Below the pieces are notes generated by a model. The model searched no databases and was not told the DNA's origin. It saw only the letters and a list, made by a program, of their open reading frames with translations. DNA of 39,167 nt from Candidatus Asbonarchaeaceae archaeon (GTDB taxonomy: Archaea; Nanohalarchaeota; Nanosalinia; Nanosalinales; Nanohalalkaliarchaeaceae): NCBI GenBank assembly GCA_034190585.1, contig JAXIOB010000004.1, positions 1 through 39,167 on the forward strand, read 5' to 3'. Position 1 is the stretch's first letter. The number at the start of each line of letters is the position of its first letter. Position numbers and translations under genes: made by a program. Positions 32,345 to 39,167 of this stretch are shown piece by piece.

Positions 32345-33742
32345 TCATTCTACAGTTGTATCTCTGACAGCCATTCCGAGGCAACGGAGATCATCTGATT
32401 GGTTCAACTCCTTCGGCGTCAGACATTTCCCGCTAAACTCGAACTGGAGATGGTGCGGCTCCTCGGATGACGGAAGGTCCAGGGATGCGGTGGTCCACGT
32501 GGGAGTCAGGCTGATTGACCGGATTTGCTCTCCGTTATGATAAATATCGACCTCACGATTCTCAGCCGAGGTTCGGAGTTCCACGGAGATTGCTTCTGCG
32601 TCCTCGGTGATAAGTATTCCTGACGATCCAGATGCCCACCGGTGCCCGGTAGCATCCTCAGGATACCAGTTACCTGTAAACATCGCTTGATCATCGACGA
32701 ACGGCCGGTGAAAACTTACCTTGGAGACACCGAAACGTGCGCATCCGTTATTCTTACCCTCTGAACACCTGTCAGATGGACTTCCTGAAGAAAGGGTCAC
32801 GTTGGTTCGCCCAGGATCTAAAAGTAGTTGAGGTGTGACAATCCTCCTCCCTGAGCTGGGAATCCTCCACGAATAGTTTCGGTTTCCTGTATGAAGAGTA
32901 AGGGGTTGGGGTCTGTTCTGCTGTCGCCATGCATTAAATGCCATCCGCGCTCGTACAGGGTCCTTATTAGGGTTTTCTATGGTAATAATCGATCCATTGT
33001 TTGATACCCGTAATGGGATCGGAATGTTCACTACCGAGGGATTTCCGGGGTTGTAATCATCAACAGAAATATCCTTGAGTAGGAAACTCCCGCAACCAGA
33101 TAATTCAATTAGAGGTAATAATCGCTGAACAGGTTCGCAGCGGGAGCTTCGCAGACTCAACGTGTTTTCTCCTTCAAATATTGTGATCGGCACATGTCTC
33201 GTCTCCCAGGTGTTTGAGAAATTGGTTACACTGATTATTCTGTTACCCTGCGCGATTATCATCTGGTTGGCATTCCGAACGGCAGATTGAGATTTGAATG
33301 AAACAAGGACGGTTTGGGACGCATCGCCTGGGACTTCGATTGTTCCATTTTCCCTCATCAACAACCAGTCATTGCCGGAAGGTGATCTCTCGAATCCAGA
33401 TTCGACCTGGGCATAGCCGTGCGGGGTGACCGGGTCGAGTAAAAATATTGAAGAAACCGGGAGGGAGAATACGCTATATCCTATTGGCATCGCCGGATGA
33501 TAACTCTCGTTCAACTTAATCCATCCCTTCCGCGGGACATCTGTCGAAAACGACTGATCCTCCAGCAGAAGAGCCGAGGTGTGGAAATACACGTTTGCAT
33601 CACTCGTGTAGAACTGAGGGGTCACCCGGAGGAACGGCAGAGTTATAATCACAGCTGCCAGGAAAATAATGAACAGGTGCCGCCGTTCCATGAGATATTT
33701 TTTTGGAGCTACAAGATTTAAACCTTTAGATGCTAAATGCAA
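32345..33742 (-). CDS. Membrane-anchored secreted protein with three tandem Cys-terminated modules; function unknown
   Basis: The N-terminal TM is HLFIIFLAAVIITLPF, and the likely true start is ATG 33691 (MERRHLF). The modules end in SGCGSFLLKDISVDD, NNGCARFGVSKVSF and LRCLGMAVRDTTVE. Confidence 0.5.
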   Translation of the reverse strand: MHLASKGLNLVAPKKYLMERRHLFIIFLAAVIITLPFLRVTPQFYTSDANVYFHTSALLLEDQSFSTDVPRKGWIKLNESYHPAMPIGYSVFSLPVSSIFLLDPVTPHGYAQVESGFERSPSGNDWLLMRENGTIEVPGDASQTVLVSFKSQSAVRNANQMIIAQGNRIISVTNFSNTWETRHVPITIFEGENTLSLRSSRCEPVQRLLPLIELSGCGSFLLKDISVDDYNPGNPSVVNIPIPLRVSNNGSIITIENPNKDPVRARMAFNAWRQQNRPQPLTLHTGNRNYSWRIPSSGRRIVTPQLLLDPGRTNVTLSSGSPSDRCSEGKNNGCARFGVSKVSFHRPFVDDQAMFTGNWYPEDATGHRWASGSSGILITEDAEAISVELRTSAENREVDIYHNGEQIRSISLTPTWTTASLDLPSSEEPHHLQFEFSGKCLTPKELNQSDDLRCLGMAVRDTTVE

Positions 33743-35185
33743 CGCATGAATCTTGGCGGCGGGGTATCACTTACAAAGCAGCATGCGCTGTGGGGCGCAC
33801 TTATTGCGGGGGTATATGTTCTTCTCTATGTATTTCTACCGTCGACACCTGTTGGGACGATGTCCCAGTTGCATGGTGATATACGGCTCCTGCTCGGCAT
33901 GCGCGGCTTCAACGTTCTATTGTTTGCACTTACAGCGGTTCTTACCTATGTACTGGCGGATGACGTATTTGGGGATGAACGGGTCGGGTTGCTCGCCGCC
34001 TTGTTAGTAGTTATATCTCCTTTGGCGAACCATGCAATTGTGGCCTGGACCCATGTCCCGGTCGCGTTCCTCACGGTCGTGGCCTTCATTGCATATCGGA
34101 GATTTCTTGATGGGTATGAAACGCGCTGGTTTATACTCGTCGCCGCAGCTGCATCATTCATATTCACAATAAAATATCCTGACGTTGTGCTCATGTTCCC
34201 GATATTAGGGCACATGGCCCTGTTGGTCGTTCGTGATAGGGAATATCAGATTGTACGGAAAAGTATCATCCCGCTCGTAGTTCTATTTTTGGTTATCGCG
34301 CCCACAGCAGCATTCCACTATTCATCATTCGGCAGCGTGGCGACAACGCCCTACCATATGCGACCCCAGGCGCTGCCACCAAATAACAAGCCGAACATCG
34401 CGGTTACCTTTGACCCCGCACGCCTTGTAGACACTGTGCCTGCTATGCTGTTTCGTTTTGACCCGGACATGGAGCTATTACAGCAGAACGTACAGGACTT
34501 CGAATTTGCCGAGTATAAATCAGCTCTGTTCCAATCCTCACCGCCGCTGACTCTAGGGCTCTTTGGATTTATCTTGGCATGGCGACGCAAGGACAACCAG
34601 CGGTTTGTTGCATTGGCTGCGTCGTCATCAGCATTATTGATACTCCTCTATGGCTCATGGATATACTTCAGTGCGGGGTGGACAACTAACATCAGATATT
34701 TGACATCTATAATCCCGCTTCTCGCAGTATTCACTGCATACGCTGTCACAAGACTGGATATAGACTGGCGGCGGCTGCAGCTGTATGGATCAGCCACAGC
34801 GGTTGCGGCCTTTTCGGGTACGGCGTACTATAGTGTACAGGCTCAGGATCTCGTCGCAAAGGCCGGATTAAACACACTGGCATTTGTCACAGCTCTGGTG
34901 CTCTCCATCCTCTTCCTGCTCAATGAAAGCTACGACCGAAACGACCTGCGGATCCTCTTCCACTGCACCTTCGGCGCGGCAATCGGAGTTGGTGGCGCCC
35001 TTGTTTTGGTGCTCGGAAACCTTAGATTATTCAACGCACCGCCAGGGTCATTGCTTATCACCAATATTGAACAAACGCTATTTCTTGGCCTAGCTCTGGC
35101 TGCGGCAATCACGGGCACAGTATATATCCTGTTTGATGAGGTCAGGAGGCGGAGCGCGGTCAGTGAGTGGATAGACAACCGTTGA
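33737..35185 (+). CDS. Polytopic membrane protein, GT-C/ArnT-like putative glycosyltransferase (third in the island)
   Basis: It has about 12 predicted TM helices. It contains LTYVLADDVFGDERVGLLAALLVVISPLANHAIV, which resembles the ArnT/PMT_2 helix 3-4 region. An alternative start is ATG 33746. Confidence 0.5.
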   Translation: MQRMNLGGGVSLTKQHALWGALIAGVYVLLYVFLPSTPVGTMSQLHGDIRLLLGMRGFNVLLFALTAVLTYVLADDVFGDERVGLLAALLVVISPLANHAIVAWTHVPVAFLTVVAFIAYRRFLDGYETRWFILVAAAASFIFTIKYPDVVLMFPILGHMALLVVRDREYQIVRKSIIPLVVLFLVIAPTAAFHYSSFGSVATTPYHMRPQALPPNNKPNIAVTFDPARLVDTVPAMLFRFDPDMELLQQNVQDFEFAEYKSALFQSSPPLTLGLFGFILAWRRKDNQRFVALAASSSALLILLYGSWIYFSAGWTTNIRYLTSIIPLLAVFTAYAVTRLDIDWRRLQLYGSATAVAAFSGTAYYSVQAQDLVAKAGLNTLAFVTALVLSILFLLNESYDRNDLRILFHCTFGAAIGVGGALVLVLGNLRLFNAPPGSLLITNIEQTLFLGLALAAAITGTVYILFDEVRRRSAVSEWIDNR

Positions 35186-35297
35186 TCCCTGGTTCAAATC
35201 ATAGAACCGATTCTGGTGGTTCGCGCACGGGCCGCCTTGTATCTGAACAGGCGTTGAGGGCTACCATTATTATGTTCCAGCGCTCTCACAGTACCCT

Positions 35298-37286
35298 ATG
35301 GAACTTCGAGGATCTCACCTTTCCCGATACGTCCTGGTGTTTGCACCTGTTTTATTAGCGGCTATCGTTGCTCCCCGTATCGTGGTGTCGCTAGCCGCTG
35401 TTGTGCTTCTCCCAGGATATATTCTTTCGACCAACCTGTTCGACGGAATCTGGAACCGTGGAATCGCTGCAGTTCCGCTTGGCGCGGCGATGCTTGCTAC
35501 GGCTGTTTACGGCGCTAAATTTATCCCTATCCCACTGAACACCGGCACTATAATGGTGTATGTACTGATGTTTATCGTGATTTGGCTGTTCGGCAATCGT
35601 CAGCCGGACCTGATGGAGTACCGACTGACTATCGACCGCAACTCGGTGTATATTTCCGGAATCGCTCTACTTGCCGTGGCGACACGGCTTCTCCCAGTGT
35701 CGAAGATGAATGCGCCATTGTTTGCCGATCCAGCGGTGGAAGGAACGCTTGCCAAACTTATCGCGTCCGCAAGCCAGATTCCGGGTACCTGGGAACCGTT
35801 CGCCCCGATCGCGCTCCATCATCAGCCCGGGTTTGCCAGTATCACTGCCGCGGTCCACATACTGTCTGGTATCCCCGTTCCCCGTGTCATCCTTGTCTTC
35901 GGCGGACTGATCCACGCTCTGTTCCCCCTTGCGGTGTTCACCCTGGCGGACGTGTACCTCGAACGGCGGAAGGCAGTCGTCGCCGGGTTCGTCGCACTTC
36001 TTGCAGCCTTCCCCGCCTACTCATTCGTGGCAGGGATGAACTCCGCCAACCTCGGCTTCGTTCTCGCCGTCGTCCTCGCCGCAGCCGCGGCACGGTTCCT
36101 CCGGGAGGAGAAGGGAACGCCCCCGGTCCTCGCTGTCCTGGCGACGGGCACGGTGCTGGTCCACCCGCTCGGACTCATCGTAGCAGGATTCTTCCTCCTG
36201 CCGGAAACGGTGAGGAAGATGGTCGCCGCGCGGAACACTGGTGATGCGATGCCACGGACGCTTCTCCAGGCCGGTGCGGCTGTGGCAGCTCTGCCGGTGC
36301 TGCTGTCCCTCCCGTATTACTGGCCGATCCTTGGGTCCGGTTCGGCGGCTGCCACGGAACAGTTCGCTATCCAGAGCTCGTATATCCTTTCTGGTTCTGG
36401 GCTGTCTATATTCCACGTCATCGAACCGTTCTACGTCAACGTCCTGAACTGGAGTGGCGGGTGGCACGTCCCGCCGGACGCGGCGCTCCTCGCCATCGTG
36501 TTCAACCCGCTTGCCTCGGCCCTTCTTATCGCCGCAGTTACCGCGGTGTACCGGAACCGGCAGGGGTTGGAATGGCCGGTGGTGGCAGGGGTGGCGTGGT
36601 ACGTGATACTGCTCCTGTTTAGCACGGTGCAGGCCGCCGCCCAGGTGGCGTTCCCGTTTCACGCGTTCATCTACCCGTCCCGCGTGAAATTCCTGTTCGC
36701 CGTCCCGATAGCCCTCCTCTCGGCTGCCGCCCTCCGCGATACCACCGTCCCGTTGCGCGGCCGGCAGGTCCCGGTGCTGCTCGCCGCCGTCCTCCTACTC
36801 AGTCCGGTCAGCCTGTACGCGGTGGCCGGACATCTAAACGAGCTCGCGTCGGACCCTGTCGTGGCGGACACTGACCGCGCCGCCATCGCCTGGCTGGACC
36901 GGAACGTGCCGGAGGACGCGGCGGTGCTGAACACGGTGACCGACGTTGAGGCCGGCGCGTTCATCGGCGGCCCCGCCCAGTGGATTCCTGCGTACACCGG
37001 TAACCCAGTCGTGTTCCCGGCGACGTCCATCACCGGCGACGTGTCACAGCTGCAGGACCGCCGCCGGTTCATGGATGCGATGCGGAACGGGTCAGCGACA
37101 AAATTCCAGGCGCTTCTGGACACGTACAACGTCTCCTACATCTACCTCTCCTCGAACAGCATGGATGGACGGGGCGACGACCACCGGGTCGATCACGAGG
37201 ATATCGCGGTGCTCTGCCAGTGCCGGACCGCGTACAGCAACGAGGACGTCACCGTCCTGGCAACGCCTCGAGCAGGATCGTCCTGA
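35298..37286 (+). CDS. Large polytopic membrane protein with a C-terminal soluble domain; possible GT-C-type enzyme, function unknown
   Basis: A 662-aa ORF with many hydrophobic helices and the C-terminal segment AAIAWLDRNVPEDAAVLNTV...WIPAYTGNPVVFP...VSYIYLSS. I saw no WWDYG motif, so it is not an obvious AglB. Confidence 0.5.
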   Translation: MELRGSHLSRYVLVFAPVLLAAIVAPRIVVSLAAVVLLPGYILSTNLFDGIWNRGIAAVPLGAAMLATAVYGAKFIPIPLNTGTIMVYVLMFIVIWLFGNRQPDLMEYRLTIDRNSVYISGIALLAVATRLLPVSKMNAPLFADPAVEGTLAKLIASASQIPGTWEPFAPIALHHQPGFASITAAVHILSGIPVPRVILVFGGLIHALFPLAVFTLADVYLERRKAVVAGFVALLAAFPAYSFVAGMNSANLGFVLAVVLAAAAARFLREEKGTPPVLAVLATGTVLVHPLGLIVAGFFLLPETVRKMVAARNTGDAMPRTLLQAGAAVAALPVLLSLPYYWPILGSGSAAATEQFAIQSSYILSGSGLSIFHVIEPFYVNVLNWSGGWHVPPDAALLAIVFNPLASALLIAAVTAVYRNRQGLEWPVVAGVAWYVILLLFSTVQAAAQVAFPFHAFIYPSRVKFLFAVPIALLSAAALRDTTVPLRGRQVPVLLAAVLLLSPVSLYAVAGHLNELASDPVVADTDRAAIAWLDRNVPEDAAVLNTVTDVEAGAFIGGPAQWIPAYTGNPVVFPATSITGDVSQLQDRRRFMDAMRNGSATKFQALLDTYNVSYIYLSSNSMDGRGDDHRVDHEDIAVLCQCRTAYSNEDVTVLATPRAGSS

Positions 37287-37929
37287 GGATGTTCCACCCG
37301 TCGGCGAACGTCCGGAGTTTCGCGTCACCGTTCTGCCGTTCCTTCTCGAAGCTCGGGACCTCCAGGATGCGCAGCCCGTGCTTCGCCGCCTTGATGGACA
37401 GTTCGGCCTCGATGTCGAACCCGCGGGCGTCGAGCGCGATGTCCTGGAACGGTTCCCGCCGGAACGACCGGTACCCGTAGCACAGGTCGGAGAAATCGGT
37501 CCGCCAGAACAGGTTGACCAGCGCCACGAACGTCCGGTTCCCGAGGTACCGGAGCAGCGGCATGTCCGCGGTGCCGCCGCCCTGGATGAACCGGGAGCCC
37601 ATGCACACGTCGTACCCGGCGTCGATGCCCTCGATAAGCAGCCCGAGCTCTGACGCCTTGTGGCTCAGGTCGGCGTCCATCGTCACGACGGTGTCGCCGT
37701 CCGCCGCCGCGATGCCTTCCCGGAGCGCGGTCCCCTTCCCGCCGTCGTCGGTGATGACCGTTGTCCCGTGGTCCTCGGCGATCTCCCGGGTCCGGTCGTC
37801 GGAATGCCCGTCGACGATGATGACCTCGTACGTCTCCGGCCGTTCCTCCATCTCCGCCTCGACGTCGTCCAGCAGCCGCGGCAGGTTCTCCTCCTCGTTC
37901 AATGTCGGGATGATGATGGATACGTCCAT
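37249..37929 (-). CDS. GT2 polyprenyl/dolichyl-phosphate glycosyltransferase (DPM1-like)
   Basis: Motifs are VSIIIPTLNEEENLPRLL, YEVIIVDGHSDDRT and VVTMDADLSHKASEL. The length is 226 aa. Confidence 0.85.
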   Translation of the reverse strand: MDVSIIIPTLNEEENLPRLLDDVEAEMEERPETYEVIIVDGHSDDRTREIAEDHGTTVITDDGGKGTALREGIAAADGDTVVTMDADLSHKASELGLLIEGIDAGYDVCMGSRFIQGGGTADMPLLRYLGNRTFVALVNLFWRTDFSDLCYGYRSFRREPFQDIALDARGFDIEAELSIKAAKHGLRILEVPSFEKERQNGDAKLRTFADGWNILRTILLEALPGR

Positions 37930-37965
37930 ACCCTGCCGCTGTCTGGAGCACAGACAAATTAATGG

Positions 37966-39167
37966 TTAAGGGTCGCTGGCCCGCGGCTGCCCCGGCCGCG
38001 GCCGGTCGAGCCGGATCGTCGCTTCCGGGTCAGGGTAGACGATCATCGTGTTGAACGCGGCCGCATACAGCGCGGCCTGCGACCGATGGGTCGGCAGGTA
38101 GCTGAGCTTGACGCGAACCGGGCCGGAACGGTTCGCCGTGATCGCCACACGGTCAGCGGTGACGGTGGCGTTGACCGATGCGGGGGGCGTCGGCTGGAGG
38201 CTGATGGACCGGAGCCTGTCGACGACCGTCGCGGCGCCCGCCCCCATCCTGATGACGGCGGAGAACCGGTCCCTGTGGTCGGGCGCGGCCCGGTGCCAGG
38301 TGACAGGCACGCTCAGGTTCGAGACGAACAGCCGGTCGTTCACATGTCGCCACTGCTGCCACGTCCCGACCAGCGCCACCGGCTCCCGCTGCACCGGTTC
38401 CACGAGCCGGTACCCGTCCGTGTTCTCGAACAGCGTGTACGGCCCGGCCGGTCCGATCCGGTGCATCGCTGCGGCCATCCGTTCGCCGGCGCTGCCTGTC
38501 CGTGTCAGCACGTACCGCACCCCGAGGTCGTCCAGCCGCCGGTCGACGAGCGGGGGCGGAGCGGTCGTGTCGCAGGTGCGGCAGATCGGGTTGTGCACCA
38601 TCGTCGTGGAGATCCACGACTCCAGTGTCAGGATGTAACTGGCGGAAGGGCTGGAGTCCAGGTGGACGTCGTTGACCGCCGCATGCCGTGTGTGGACCGG
38701 GAGCATCCCCTGCAGCGCGTAGGAGTCGTACACCGAGCTGTTCACGGTCTCGACCATGACGCGGCCGGCCGGCTGTTTTTCGAGTTCGCTGTACACCGGT
38801 CCGGGGTCGTAGCCGAGCTGCCAGTGCTGGTCGGGCTGCGTCTGCAGCACCAGAAGTAGCCCGGGCAGGAGGACGAGGCCTGCCACGACGCGCCGGCGCC
38901 CGTACCGGCCGGCCAGGTGCGTGTAGACGCGGTAGGCGCCGATTCCTGCGAGGATGCTGCCGAACAGCAACGCGTAGGTGAACAGCCGGAGCTCCTGCGT
39001 GATGACAGGGAGCTCGACCGCGCTCAGCCCGAGCAGCGCGAGGAACGCGGCAAGCAGCGACCGCAGCTCCACCGTATCGTAGCCACCGATAACCGCCAGC
39101 GGCAGCAACAGGACAGGGAACAGTCCGAGTTCGGCCGCACCCATCGTATACGTGGACAGGTACGGCA
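37966..39167 (-). CDS. Membrane protein with a large extracytoplasmic domain, unknown function; possibly 5'-truncated by the window edge
   Basis: The frame stays open upstream of Met 39144 to the window end (..PYLSTYTMGAAELGLFPVLLLP). It has N-terminal TM helices followed by a soluble domain, and its coding bias matches the flanking high-GC genes. Confidence 0.45.
   Translation of the reverse strand, partial: PYLSTYTMGAAELGLFPVLLLPLAVIGGYDTVELRSLLAAFLALLGLSAVELPVITQELRLFTYALLFGSILAGIGAYRVYTHLAGRYGRRRVVAGLVLLPGLLLVLQTQPDQHWQLGYDPGPVYSELEKQPAGRVMVETVNSSVYDSYALQGMLPVHTRHAAVNDVHLDSSPSASYILTLESWISTTMVHNPICRTCDTTAPPPLVDRRLDDLGVRYVLTRTGSAGERMAAAMHRIGPAGPYTLFENTDGYRLVEPVQREPVALVGTWQQWRHVNDRLFVSNLSVPVTWHRAAPDHRDRFSAVIRMGAGAATVVDRLRSISLQPTPPASVNATVTADRVAITANRSGPVRVKLSYLPTHRSQAALYAAAFNTMIVYPDPEATIRLDRPRPGQPRASDP

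Noticed and set aside
35186-35297. A GGTTCAAATC motif (tRNA T-loop-like) at the right island border, considered as a tRNA or tRNA-fragment attachment site
   Set aside because: The flanking bases do not form a T-stem or any cloverleaf. No matching direct repeat was visible at the left border (12014-12038), and no integrase is present.
12030-35800. The island as a provirus, integrative element, transposon or CRISPR/defence locus
   Set aside because: I recognised no integrase, transposase, capsid, terminase, cas genes, repeat-spacer arrays or typical defence-system ATPase/nuclease architectures. All genes fit envelope or isoprenoid/small-molecule metabolism.
35298-37286. The 662-aa membrane protein as the oligosaccharyltransferase AglB
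   Set aside because: No WWDYG-type motif or other STT3 signature was seen on reading the translation.
35582-38859. Overlapping or antisense ORFs in the high-GC right part (35582-36244, 36021-36662, 36671-37129, 36946-37653, 37325-37957, 38086-38859, 38108-38638, 38153-38617)
   Set aside because: They have the same Arg/Pro-rich shadow-ORF character. The GT2 frame (37249-37929) and the membrane-protein frames carry the real motifs or hydrophobic helices.

Overview
The window looks archaeal and probably comes from a halophile. It has a thermosome with a GGM-repeat tail, an RFC large subunit, isopentenyl phosphate kinase, class III signal peptides and very acidic proteins. It has three parts. 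(1) nt 1-12013 is high GC (my count for nt 1-60 is 42/60 G+C). It holds the 3' end of a thermosome gene, a tightly coupled ten-gene type IV filament operon (684-10804) and a convergent RFC large-subunit gene. The operon encodes a VirB11/PilB-type ATPase with a long Gly/Glu-rich N-terminal extension, a platform protein split into two genes, and six proteins with prepilin-like N-termini. One of those six carries a LamG/concanavalin-like domain. (2) nt ~12030-35800 is a mosaic lower-GC island of about 23 kb (spot counts 22/60 to 36/60 G+C). I saw no integrase, transposase or tRNA in it. It is packed with isoprenoid and cell-surface genes: IPK, a polyprenyl diphosphate synthase, two UbiA-family prenyltransferases, three GT-C/ArnT-like membrane glycosyltransferases and two GT2 enzymes. 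It also carries an unexpected set of small-molecule enzymes: a clear MfnB (4-HFC-P synthase, methanofuran furan-ring enzyme) homologue coupled to a Cys-based phosphatase, a class III aminotransferase coupled to a small amino-acid-kinase-fold protein, an asparagine-synthase-like enzyme lacking its Cys nucleophile, a deaminase, a nucleoside hydrolase, a membrane-anchored PQQ-type sugar dehydrogenase and a decayed methyltransferase. (3) nt ~35800-39167 returns to high GC, with a polytopic membrane protein, a GT2 and another membrane protein. My best candidate for an undescribed system is the island. I read it as a lipid-linked surface-modification pathway that may build a furan-type (Mfn-like) or ribose-type head group on a polyprenyl carrier and export it through GT-C enzymes. 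The pilus operon with a split platform and a lectin-type modular pilin comes second. All functional calls come from reading motifs by eye; no database search was possible.
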